From positions 4,362,101-4,426,100 of the forward strand of contig NC_092677.1 of assembly GCF_964355755.1 (NCBI RefSeq): a DNA stretch of 64,000 nt. The letters run 5' to 3'. The position numbers were made by a program, and so were the translations under genes. Within the stretch, counting starts at the first letter, position 1. Each line of letters starts with the position of its first letter. The notes below the pieces were generated by a model that did no database searches, had not been told where the DNA came from, and saw only the letters and a program-made list of their open reading frames with translations. This stretch comes from Antedon mediterranea (lineage: Eukaryota > Animalia > Echinodermata). This document shows, one piece after another, positions 22,701 through 35,900 of the stretch.

Positions 22701-25700
22701 GAGTATAAGTGCGACGGGTTTTGCGACTGCACAACAGACTGCAGGGACGAGTCTTCAGACATAGTTTGTGCATTTACGTGCACGAATGGTAAACAAATTC
22801 AACAAGAGGAAAGGTGTGATTATAAAAACCAATGCGGTGATAACAGTGATGAAGAAGGATGTACAGAATTTCATAGTACAGTTATTTTAATTTTTGTCAA
22901 AACATTTATTTACAGACTGTGAAAAAAAAAACACACAATAATAAATTGATTTAGACCTACGACTAATTCTTTGATCAATATCAATAATTGTCACCGGCGC
23001 ATTTCTAACGAATAAGCCTACACACAATTTCAAATATTTTCCAGAAAGAATAATCTTTAATTGCTTTAGTAGGTTTAAGTTAGCCTACTTAAGTAATATT
23101 TGTTTTCACATAAATTACAAAGTATAAAATTAAAGTAACGACTTTTAAGAAGTGTTATTTTCTTTCTCTCTACAGGTTGCACTGGATTTCAGTGTGATAA
23201 TAAGCAGTGTATTGACAAGGCTTACATTTGTAACGATATAGAAGACTGTTATGATTATAGTGATGAACGTTCATGTAAGTTATTTTTAATCTGTTAGCCT
23301 GTGTGTCCTATGACTGTGTTAAACATGTAATGACAAATGTGTTTGTTTCATTTATTTTTTCTCAACATTATGCTTCATTTGGTTTTAGGTAATTGCTCAA
23401 GATTTCCTTGTAATAACGATAAATGTGTTAACATCTACGCTGATTGTAACGGATTAGACGAATGCGGGGATGGCTCTGATGAAATGTTTTGTAATGACAC
23501 AGGTGACTGTAGAAGTGTTTCTAAACAAATTTGGTAATCAAACTCCTCCCTCAACAGCCCTAATCTAACTGGGCTCTAAACCAACTCGGCCCAAGTAGTT
23601 TCAGCCCCGTAAGTCCATCTTCAAATCAACTCGTCTCAAGTCAACTCAACTCCAAGTTAGAGTGGCCCCATTACCCAATCAGTCAACTAGTTCCTAATAA
23701 AGTAACAGTAACAATACTGTTTGAAGCAAACTATTAAACACTATTCAACAGTTGTGACAACGTGTTGAATCACAGCGTTGACAAATGATGCAGATAAGAT
23801 AGATTTAAGTTAATATGCCTATGTTTATTATGTTATGTAATTAGTATTGTTTTTTTATAGGAAGTAATTATCAAACACACGATCCTTCAAATTGGACAGA
23901 TGACTGGTATTTCCAATACGCAGACAAATTAGACATAAGTTCTGATACGTTTCTGCTTGAGACAGCAGTAAAATTATTTAAGGAGTACTTTAAAGATTGG
24001 GGATTTGAGAGAGTTTCAGGAGAGTTTCCACCTGACTGGATTAGATTCCTTGTCTTCAGTAGCACGGCAGACTACAGCGATCTACAGAATGTTCTAAAAC
24101 TTACCCAAGAGGAATTATCGGAACTAGGACATCAGGCTCACCAGATGATTTTACAGTGTGTTTATGCTGGTACGAAGTGTGATATTGAAAAGTACGTGAA
24201 AATGGTTTGACAGTTTTATTTAGGATAATATTAAATAGTTAATATAAAACAAATCCTAAATTATCTCTGTTTCTGTTTTATTTTCCATCTTTCAAGTTAG
24301 AATCATTTAAATGAAAAGTATGACCAAAATAGCAAAGCAACTACTGTAGATGCCCACAGGAAAAATCGGAAACAAAAATGGAAGTGGGAATAGACCGTCC
24401 TTACCTGCACACGTTTTTTTTCATTCAGTTAGGTGTCACAAATTAATTTAAGCTTATTTGGTTTCAGGGATTTTCACCTATTTCAACATGACAAATACGG
24501 TAACTGCTACACATTTAACAGTCATAAGAAGGAAAATGCGACAAAATACGATGTATCACAACCAGGTGCCGAAAAAGGTAAGTTGGTAACCGATTGTAAG
24601 AATCCAAACACAGATTTGAGAAAGATCCGAAGTATTTCAAAATATAAACAAACATAGCATTATATTCGATTCGTAATTTGAATATCTTTTTACCTATATT
24701 TACATTTTGTTAATCAAGGTTTAAAGCTAACGCTGTACACAGAACAACATGAGTACGTTAGTATCTTTGGACAAGAGAGTGGCATCAAAGTGTCGGTGCA
24801 TAATCAGTTTGAAACACCGTTTCCAGAAGAAAATGCCATTACCGTCTCACCAGGCAGAGCTACGTCATTAGGCATAAAAAAGGTAAACGTCAATGCAATC
24901 ATTTTTCTTATCATTGAGAGATGTTTTCAATGCAATTGATGAAGAAGCTCTTTGACATGATCTACGCTTGCTTTGCTTCGTTGGTTGCAAAGTAACTAGT
25001 TCCTTATGTCTTAGGTTTTTGAAAATCAATAGTTCCCCATATCACGATCGTTTTAATCGAAACGTATATTCTGAAATGTATACAATGTTTTATTTGCAGC
25101 ACGAACTGATTCGGAAAGGCCAGCCGTATGGTAACTGTACAAGTGAAAATGCAACAGTGAAGAACTTTATTTACAAGGGAGACACAGTGTACACAGCTAC
25201 TGTAAATAACAATGATGTCATTCATGTTTATTTTACTCCATGAATTGATTTAAAAATTGAAAGGTTTCCATGTATTGTCTGTTTGGACATTGCTCTGTAT
25301 TCAAATTATTCCTAATCAGCAGATCCATGTTAAAAATATAAATATTATCATCATTATCATATAATTGCTGTAATGGTAGGTCTACGTCATGATCAATTCT
25401 TTCCTATTTAGTATCTATTAACCCAATCATTATTTCATTTTTTATCTTCTATAGGCTTGCCAAAAATCGTGTTTACAACTAAAGTTACTAGAAGTTTGCG
25501 ACTGTGTGGACACATTGCGTTATAATGGTTCCCAGCGTTGCCAACTACTGGATCTTGAACAAGGCTAGTTTAACCAAATGAACACACAACATTAGCAAAC
25601 ATTGAAGCCACTGCTGGCGCGAAAAAAAAAATTCATTCTTCAATTCTTTTCGTAATTTTTATTCAGCCAAAATAAATATTTAACATGTAGGCTATACTAC

Positions 25701-27347
25701 AAAAAGTGATTTTACTGATTAAGCGAAAACTCAAGGGACTATAATTCGCATATGTGGACAATGAAAATACGAATACACATATGTACATAGGCTAAACCAG
25801 CCTAGCTTTACCTACAAGATCTATTCACTCATTTTAGAAGTACATTATTTGTACCTTTAAACTGAGTGAATAGATCTTGTGAGTAAAGCTAAACATTTGT
25901 ATAGACCTATATCATTGCAACATTATTTCTAAAAGCTCAACATATTCCATTAGTACGCATCACAACATTAATATAAGGCGTACAACATACTAGATTCAAT
26001 TTACCCGTAATTGCAGTGAAATATTATATTTCTAAAGCCTATACTTTTTTTTTTTACCAATTAGAACGTTGCCGCCAATTTGTGAATTTTCTTCATTCTC
26101 AATATTTAATAAAATGTGATTGTCCAGTTGCTTGTCGGTAAGTTAATGTATCTTTCTAAAACTGAAACTAAATTCGCTTCTTGACTGGACTGGTAACATG
26201 TATGGTGAATTATTGTGTTAAGTTGTAACAAATTAAACAAAACCATTGTATTGGTGGAAAGTCATGGACTATTATGTTGTGACGTCTTCTTGTAGCAAAA
26301 GAATAATTTCTATTTTTTTTTGTTTTTAGTGAAATTACATATGAAAAGACCGTATCACAATCACTTTGGCCTTCTGATAGATATGTGGTAAGTTTGCTGG
26401 TACGGTGAAGGAACTGAGAACTCGTGCCAAGGATTTAATAATATAAGATTATAACATTATTACGAATGGACTATACCTAATAAACTGATTTCGAAATAAG
26501 TTACAATAACATTTTTAATCTTCCAGAAAACTTTGCTTGACAGTATTTACGTCCTTGAGCCAAGATACAGTGAACATTTATACGATCTCGAAACGGCCCA
26601 GTAAGTAGCATGTTTCAAAAAGAGGCAATGTTTTCGCGCCAATAGAAAGCGTCAGCTTATACGCATGCGTAGAGACCGATTTTAAAGATGGAAACATGAA
26701 TACGCATGACGCTTTCGATTCGTGTGAACAAATTCGCCTAATGGAAATCGGCTTTACACATTATTAACTGTAATGATCAGATTTGCCAGACGCCTTTTAA
26801 AATTAGAAATATTCAGTCTTCAATGTATAAATTGTATTTGTATAATAACTATTTTTCTATAATTACTTTTGAAATGTGTGTAAACAGAAGAAATCTTGCT
26901 CGTCTGAACGTGTATTATGAGGATCTTTCGTACGTCTCCATATCCGAACTCCCTGCTTATACAGTAAGTATACACAGACACGTCTATTTAGTATTACTTT
27001 CAAGGACCTTTTGGACGTCCATAATATCACAAAAAAATCGATCAAAAATTCTGAACCTTTAACTTCAATCATCCCATTGGCCTATTTTGTGAAAAATCGA
27101 GATTGAGTGAGAAAATTGACCCGTTGATAAAATAATCCGATATTTCAACGTAATGTACTTTATAACCAATTATTCTGAATTTCAGTGGCAAAGCCTCTTC
27201 GGTGACGTAGGAGGAACTCTAGGGCTGTATATTGGTCTTTCATTGCTAACTGTTGTCGAATTCTGCGAATTCTTCATTGATATTTGTCTTTATTGTTGTA
27301 ACAAAATGATGAAGAGGAACAAAGTACAAAGCATACCGGGCATGTAG
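19740..27347 (+). CDS. LDLa-DEG/ENaC channel subunit, copy B (18 exons, about 825 aa, intact)
   Basis: Exons: 19740-19949, 20370-20523, 20851-20967, 21614-21745, 22214-22375, 22645-22875, 23176-23274, 23389-23502, 23861-24191, 24468-24577, 24719-24882, 25100-25201, 25455-25563, 26065-26137, 26330-26387, 26527-26600, 26888-26963, 27186-27347. Total 2478 nt, open frame, same motifs as A. Confidence 0.93.
21173..21286. mobile_element. HINE/DINE-1-like short element in intron 3 of B (copy at about 51589-51702; related fragment at about 36710-36784)
   Basis: T-rich start, palindrome AGTCGCGTGGACGCGACT, (GTCG/GTCT)n tract, inverted subterminal CACGCGACT, and a 3' GGC..GGCCTTGTT end. No TSD evident. 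Confidence 0.55.
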
Positions 27348-27522
27348 TTTATAAGATGCAACCAGGGAAAAATTGTAATTTAACTCTTCCCTGATGCAAC
27401 ACAATTTCCCATTTTTATGTATATATGGCCCAAGACTTAATTATATATTATGACGAGTAAATTATAGTTTATACGCAACAAGCACGTTTTTGTTGTTGCG
27501 TCTAGGTAGATTTCAAGGTAGT

Positions 27523-28018
27523 AGGGAGGTTTCGCAACCTTACGAATACGATAACGAAAACGGATACGTCATACATTTGTGAAACTTTTGAGCTGATCCC
27601 CATTTCATATTCGTAAAGCGTATTCGTGTTGACGAATATCACCAATCATATTCGTAACTACAAAACGAGTATAGTTTTTGATCTATTTTGCACATTTTGC
27701 ATTTGAATCAGGAATGATTCATGATTATAATATAATTATAGATTTATTGAATGTAATTTACTAAAGTAATTTACTAAAATGCCTTGTCAATTTGATAAAT
27801 AGCACTTTTTAAAGTCCTCACTCGCTTTGATGTTACGCTAGGCCTAGGCAGCCGGCCAAGCACCTGCGCTTCGCTCAAATTTACCACAGTCATATTTTGG
27901 ACGCGCCTCAATATTTCGTTGCCATGCGAAACAGATTTTTTATGGCTTACGAAAACGAATACGTGTGCGTGACGTATCGTATTTCGTTATCGTATTCGTA
28001 AGATTGCGAAACCTCTCT
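27523..28018. mobile_element. About 496-bp MITE downstream of gene B (same insertion as 17926-18421)
   Basis: Same TIRs and identical flanks, so it was copied by duplication and not by independent insertion. Confidence 0.8.
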
Positions 28019-30284
28019 AATGGCATCATATGTCCTGGTAAATGATTGGTGTTGGACCTGTTGGTAACTATAAATAGAAGGTAGTCCATGTAGTATGTAT
28101 AAACTAATTAAATGGAAACAGCCATAATTTTGTAAAACGGCGGCGTGTCGAGCAAAGCAAAGTACTTTATACTTTTTTGATATTATATGATTGTAATTGA
28201 TTGAGCTTGACAGTGATATGATTATTTAGAAAGATGCTATATACATTAATATTTTCCATTTCTTGGACTTGTAAATCTAGTTATATGTCTATTCAAAATA
28301 TAAAACACAAATAAATAATAAATAAATAAATAAATAATGGATGTTGTGAAATTATGTACACTTCTGTATAAGCCTAGATAAAGCTATTTATATGTTTATT
28401 CAAAATATAAAACACAAATAAATAAACTAATAAATAAATAATGCATGTTTTTGAAAGGTTTTAAAATAATGCACAGTTGGATTTACATTTTAACCAGCTT
28501 ACTGTTAGTGTGTGGTTATTTATTAGCTATGATTAATAGAATAAATAAAGATTGTAGCACGATATTCATTTACATAATTTACTCATTATGAATAAAAAAG
28601 GAAAACCTTCATAAAATTATATTATTTCCCATGCGCGGATTGACAAAACAATTGAGTAAATAAATAGTAGGCGTGGTTTCCACTATTACGCAAATGACCT
28701 ACATACGCACAACGCAAGTAATAACAACAACTCATGTGATCTCTCGCTTGCGTGTATATGCGTTGCGTCCTACTTTAGAAATCATTTTGACCTAAATATC
28801 AACGACTATGCACTGAGAAAAAAATATAACAAGTATTCGAACATCGACATTTAAATTACCTTGCAGTAAATTGAAAACATTATTACGTTAATTATTGTTA
28901 AAACCAGAATCGTCTTTTCATTTAGGTATTTTATTGTCAATCAAATAAAGAAAGTACATTTTTATAGGAAACATATATGAATAATTACATATTGATAGCC
29001 AAATATAGGCTTTAGACTACTTAAATGGAAAAATCGATCGGATTTCGAATGAATATCGTCCTAATTAATGTTACAATAACCGAAACACGCTCATTCTATC
29101 ACCAACTAACACTGCATTGTCGTCGTGAGTAAACAATGTCGGACTCAGAAACTTATCCAAGATCAAGATTGATGCAAGAATATTAGGAAACGATTTGATG
29201 TTGTCATTGAGAACATGTCTCAAGAAGAAGAGGAAACTGTACTTGGAATAAGTCGAAATTTCGGAGAAAACACTTCTTCACATGGTATACCACGGATAGT
29301 AGCGTCAAAATCGTATTTTGGAAAGATCTTCTGGAGTTGTTTGTATGTTGCTTCTCTAATGGCGTTCTCTTTGCAGGCCTATGTCCTCATCGATACATAC
29401 TTCAAGTTTGAAGTTTCTATCAAAGTAAGTTAAGAATGTATCTATCATTTAATTTTACAAAGAAAATTTAAGAAAACAAGCTTACTGATGGCTACACAAA
29501 TCATTCCAATCAAAGAATGTTTATATTTTTATAACTAATTTAGAAATCACATCCACACGGCCAATCGTAGACTTGTCCCAAGTCTGTAGTTATTTCGAGA
29601 TTTTTTGATGTTTGTCTGAAATAAAAGCTCAAGTAGTATACGTATGAAACACCATATGTGCCAAAATATTAATCTTTTTACTAATAATTAAGTCAAAAGG
29701 CCTCGTTAAAAGTGATTAGGAATTAAATTGTAACTTTTGACTTACAGTATTTCCATTTTTGTTTAAACTAATATAGCAATTACCGAAAATTAGGCATAAT
29801 GAAAATAATAATTATATTATAAAAAATTAATAAAACGAATATTTCTTGCTTTGCTTTTATTTATTTTTGTCAGTACGTCGTTGAAAACTCAGACGCCAGA
29901 CCCTTGCAATTTCCCGCCGTTACCTTATGCAATACGAATCAAGTTCGCCGGTCTGTTTTGGCGTTACGTCATGAGTATGAGATACTATTGTCCATTGAAG
30001 ACTACACACATAGTTTGCTATATTATGGTAATAATGTTTTAGTTAATAATGTTGCGTCGTCAGAAGATTTCCCTGATATGTAGGCATACCGTAGTGCAAG
30101 ATAAGGGGGTCGTAGTGGGAGAGATGAGAGAATTACAATGAATGCAATATACCGGTTTGTGACCATGCAAAGCTTATTTCGGCGTTTTTAAAATGATGGT
30201 CAAAAAGGTTTTTTATCTGCATTTATCTCTCCTTAAATAATATGGTCTGCACTAATTCTGTCCTCTAATTCTGCTTCTCTTTGA

Positions 30285-30564
30285 CTCTGTCCATTCTGTA
30301 GGCTACCTAGCCCTGTCTCTGTCCATTCTGTAGGCTACCTAGCCCTGTCTCTGTCCATTCTGTAGGCTACCTAGCCCTGTCTCTGTCCATTCTGTAGGCT
30401 ACCTAGCCCTGTTTCTGTCCATTCTGTAGGCTACCTAGCCCTGTCTCTGTCCATTCTGTAGGCTACCTAGCCCTGTCTCTGTCCATTCTGTAGGCTACCT
30501 AGCCCTGTCTCTGTCCATTCTGTAGGCTACCTAGCCCTGTCTCTGTCCATTCTGTAGGCTACCT
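30285..30564 (+). repeat. 32-bp minisatellite, 8.75 copies, in intron 2 of C
   Basis: Unit CTCTGTCCATTCTGTAGGCTACCTAGCCCTGT repeated head-to-tail from 30285; the ninth, partial unit starts at 30541. One substitution near 30413. No spacers. Confidence 0.97.
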
Positions 30565-32807
30565 GAATGGTTCTTTTGCTTTCCTATCGTTCTTTTGACA
30601 GTTTATTTGGTATGTACAGATGTATTCAATAGATTTACAGCATTTTATATTATAAATGCTTCCGCAGCTCCATGTAAGGATGATGATTTTCATTGCGACA
30701 ACAATAAGTGTGTTAAAGACTACAGGGTGTGCAATGGTATTGATGATTGTGGTGATAAGTCAGATGAACAAGACTGTCTACCTGCTAGTAAGTATTGGAA
30801 TTTTTATCCACCCGTAAAATGATGGAACACACGAGTATTATTGATAATTTAGTAATAATTATCACCACCGCCATTTTTGTCTTTCTGTAATGGCGCTAGT
30901 TACAATCCGTTATGCATGAGTAATTAATGAATGACGTAATGCATAAACGGGCAAAGGTAAGTAAGTTTGTAAAATGATGGAACGCGTGGGTATTAGGCAT
31001 ATATTTAAAATTTAAAGTAATAATTATTACCAATCATTATTATTTTTATTTTGCATAAATATATTTTGGATTGTTTTATATACAGTTCCGTGTCGATCTG
31101 GGTACAGGAGGTGTCAAATGGGAGGAGAATCCGGTTATTGTATTAGCGAAGACAGATGGTGTGACAGAAATATAGAGATTGTTACGATGGAGAAGACGAA
31201 GAATGTTCAGCAGATGACAGTGAGTAGAATCGGACATACCAAAGCTATTTCAGTTTAAGGGAGAAAACAAAAATTCAAACAGCAATACATATTATAATAA
31301 AAAACTATTTCAATAAGCAGCTGCTTGTCTGTTAAATTGCCATTTATAAGCATGGTTACCTATTGAGGAAAGTATTAGGTCTATACGTATTGATATGTAC
31401 TTACAATTGCCAACTAACCACTGAGAGTTCATTGATGATTCGGCCAGTTAAAAACAGGCTTATAATGTATATATTTCAGTTAAGTGCAAGGAGGACGAAT
31501 TTTCATGTAAAAGCGGGGTAGAGGCGTCTTTTGAAACTGAATTTGTTGAAAAATATGGGACTAAGTATTGCATTAGTGCCAAGCTAAAATGTGATGGTAT
31601 TAGACATTGTGCGAATGATGCTGACGAAGCAAATTGTCCAGGTGATGTAATTTGTGTATGTTCAAAATATCGGTATTTATTAATAGCGCTTGTATAAATG
31701 CACCAAAACCATAACCATACAATATAAACGCTCTACTTTACATTTTTGGTAGGCCTATTGATGTATAATTTATGCATCCTCAACATAACCCAGGACCTCC
31801 TGGTATAGGAAAAATTGTTCTTGGGACAAGAGCTGTAAGTGGTAGGCCTAGATAAAATGTCACTGCCAATCTAGTACAAATTGATACTCGTTGTTTTTGT
31901 AGCAGGACAATGTAATGAGAATGAATTTACATGTGGAAACATCATTTGCATCCCGAATGATTATAAGTGCGACGGGTTTTGTGACTGCGCAGACTGCAGG
32001 GACGAGTCTTCAGACATAGTTTGTGTATTTACGTGCACGAATGGTAAACATATTCCAAAAGAGGAAACGTGCGATTATAAAAACCAATGCGGTGATAACA
32101 GCGATGAAGAGGGTTGTACGAATTTTCAAAGTACAGTAATTTTACTTTTATTAAACATTTATTTACAGACTGATACAAAATACATTAATGAATGAATCTA
32201 TTGATTGATTCAAAGAATGACTGGTAGATCTTCATAGATCTACCACTATCACCGACACAATTCTAAGCAATACACACATTATCAATTATCCTATACATTT
32301 AATTTTTCCCTATATGTTGATCTTCAATTTCTTTTGAAAGTTTAAGTTAGCCTACTTAGGTAATATTTGTTTTCAAATAAATGACATAAGTATAAATTAA
32401 AGTAATGGCTTTTAAGAAGTGTTACTTTTTTTCTCCTTACAGGTTGCAATGAAGAGTTTGAATTTCAGTGTGATAATAAGCAGTGTATTGACAAGGCTTA
32501 CATTTGTAACGATATAGAAGACTGTTATGATTATAGTGATGAACGTTCATGTAAGTTATTTTTAATCTGTTAGCCTGTGTGTCCTATGACTGTGTTAAAC
32601 ATGTAATGACAAATGTGTTTGTTTCATTGGTATTTACTCTCAACATTATGCTTCATTTGATTTTAGGTAATTGCTCAAGATTTCTTTGTAATAACAAGAA
32701 ATGTGTTAACATTTACGCTGATTGTAACGGATTAGACGAATGCGGGGATGGCTCTGATGAAATGTTCTGTAATGATACAGGTTTGTGTAGTCTTTCTACA
32801 CCAATTT

Positions 32808-32930
32808 GGTCAAACTCGGCCCTAAACCAACTCGGCTCTTATCAACTCGGCTCCAAGTCTCGGTCTCAAATTAACACTTCTCAAGCCAACTCGACCCCTT
32901 GTCAACTCGGCCCCCAAGTCAAATTGGCCA
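32808..32930 (+). repeat. Degenerate tandem repeats of about 15-17 bp with a CAACTCGGC core in intron 8 (likely transposon remnant)
   Basis: AAACTCGGCCC, CAACTCGGCTC (twice), CAACTCGACCC, CAACTCGGCCC. More eroded versions occur at about 13865-13945 (A) and 23530-23670 (B). Confidence 0.6.
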
Positions 32931-35900
32931 CAAACTATTCTGTCTTAATGAAGTGATTAATTAAGATTTTGAAGCAAATAAAATTATTTTCGGCAGTTGT
33001 ATCAAGGTATTGACAATTCGGCAAGTGATGTTAGATTTAAATTTATATATTTATATTATTATATATGTATTAGGCCTATAACTTAAGTAATTTTTTTGTA
33101 GGAATTCATTATCAAACACACGATCCTTCAAACTGGACGGATGACTGGTTTTTGCAATACGTAGACAAATTAGACATAGGTTTTGATATAACTACAGCAG
33201 TAAAATTGTTTAAACAAAACTTTAAAAATTGGGGATTTGAGCGAGTTTCAGGAGAGTTTCCACCAGACTGGATTAAGTTCCTTGTCTTCAGTAGCACGGC
33301 AGACTATAGCGATCTACAGAATGTTCTAAAACTTACCCAAGAAGAATTATTGGAACTAGGACATCAGGCTCAGCAGATGATTTTACAGTGTACTTATGGT
33401 GGTACGAAATGTGATATTGAAAAGTACGTGATACTTACAAAAACACCCAGTTTTTGACGAAACTGAAATATTTAAAAATAATTATAAAAAATAAATATAA
33501 ACAAGTTTGTGTTTCGGTTTTATTTTTTTCATTTTTCATTTCTAAAATATTATGTAAATGGAAATGATAACCAACAAAATCAAAGCCTGTACACAGTTTA
33601 TCAAATTTAAATAGAAAACAATTTAAAAGACAATAAAATGTTCAAACATGACATTACAGTGAAAATCTTAAACAAAAAATGTTGGTGAAACTAGACTGTG
33701 GTTTACATATAAATAGATTAATTCCACAAAACACAAAGCAATATATTTGTTGTGACTAGTAGTGACAGGCCTGATCGCAAATGAATTCCTTATTTGATTT
33801 CAGGGATTTTCATCTATTTCAACATGACAAATACGGTAACTGCTATACATTTAATAGTCAGAAGGTTGAAAATGCGATAGTTCACAATGTAACACAACCA
33901 GGTGCCGAAAAGGGTTAGTTGATTATCCGATTATAAGAATTGTTTCAAAGGATTTAAAAAAGATCCAAAGTGTATGTATAATTATAACGAACAAAACATT
34001 TAGATTCTATTCGTAATTTGAATATATTACGTGCGTTTATGTTGGGTATTTTGTGATCGATATCCTTATTCATTCATTTTATTTAATACCTATTTACTGT
34101 TTGATGATAAAGGTTTATGGCTAACGCTGTACACAGAACAACATGAATATGTTAGTATCTTCGGACAAGATAGTGGCATCAAAGTGTTGGTGCATAATCA
34201 ATTTGAAACACCGTTTCCAGAAGAAAATGCCATCACCGTCTCACCAGGCAGAGCTACGTCATTAGGCATCAAAAGGGTAAACATCATCTTTCTCATCCGT
34301 GGCAGAATGTTTTTCTTCATACCATTTGGACAACATAGGACATACTACCTAAAATCGTGACTGAAAAACATGACTGTCAAGAAAAGAGCGAGGAAGCGAG
34401 CCCCAACGTCCCCGCATGCGCACAGTGAATTAAAACGACTTATGTAACCTTAGGTTCTAGATCTTCTGTAGCTCCTTATAATATTAAGATTGATACACCT
34501 TTTTTCAAATTACCTTCCAAGTTCTACAGAAAGTCAAACAATATTTTTGTTTACAGCACGAACTGATTCGGAAAGGCCAGCCATATGGTAACTGTATAGG
34601 TGAAGATGCAAGAGTGAAGAACTTGATTTACAAGGGAGACACAGTGTACACAGCTACTGTAAATATAACTATATCATTCATGTTTATTCTAAAGCACACC
34701 TTTTGAACGCCATTAAATGATTTTTAAAACTGGAAATTAACCATAACATGCGCTGCAGCATTTACATCGTTTAGTTGTCTTTCCTGAACTCTACTGTTAT
34801 AACAGGCCTAAGCAGCATATATCTTTGTTAAAAATAATATACTTATTTTTATAATTGCTGTAAATGGTAGGCATACGTCACAATTTGTATTAATATGTGT
34901 ATAGTCATCGTTATCACCATCTTCTTCATACAAAACCAACATGATTACATCATTACCTTAATTTTAATTGATTTTCTATAGGCTTGCCAAAAATCGTGTT
35001 TACAACTAAAGTTACTAGAAGTTTGCGACTGTGTGGACACATTGCGTTATAATGGTTCCCGGCGTTGCCAACTACTGGATCTTGAACAAGGCTAGTTTAA
35101 ACAATAATTAACACCTTAAAGCCTGTTTTCCACTAAGAGAGTATTCGTTTGAATCGAAAGTACTCATTATTCAGATTCCAAATCACTTTATGCGACGAAT
35201 TCTATAGTTCCTTGAGTTCATCGAACTGTTTGAACTAGAATCCGCAGAAAAAGTATTTGTAAGATGCAAATACACATGTGCATTAATAACAATAATACTT
35301 CATTCATAAACACTCATTCCGTTAGCCGAGGAGTAAGCACATTTTAGGCCTAATTGCTATTTTTCAAAATCTCAACATATTCCATTATTACCTATTAAAA
35401 CATTGATATACAATATGAATACTGGATCCAAACGCGCTATTTTCCTTTTTATTTGCAGTAAAATATTATATTTTTAAGGTCTATACATTTTGTTTTACCA
35501 ATAGAACGCTGCCGCCAATTTGTGAATTATCTTCATTCTCAATATGTGATGCAATGTGATTGCCCAGTTGCTTGTCGGTAAGTTAAACTCGCCTCTGGTG
35601 ATAACACTATGTTGAATTGAATTATAGTTATCACAAATTAAACAATATCATTGTACTGAAACGTATGGCATATTATGTAGGTGAGGTCCTCTAATAATTC
35701 CTATTTTTGTTATTTTTAGTGGAATTACACATGAAAAGACCGTATCACAATCACTTTGGCCTTCTGACAGATATGTGGTAGGTTTGCTGGTGGTTCTTCG
35801 TGCGAAGTATTTAATAATACAGTATAGAATAAAACATTATTACGAATGGACTATAACTAATGCTGATTACTGAGTTACTATAACATTTTAAATCATCTAG

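Larger units (their letters stand above)
6275..27830 (+). repeat. Segmental duplication unit 1 (spacer + gene A + gene B), homologous to about 37102-57829
   Basis: Colinear near-identity including intergenic and intronic DNA. Offsets are 30811 at the A start codons (9499/40310) and 30417 at the B start codons (19740/50157). Confidence 0.95.

Noticed and set aside
30285-30564. Possible CRISPR array (32-bp repeats)
   Set aside because: The units are contiguous with no unique spacers, there are no cas genes, and the context is a eukaryotic intron.
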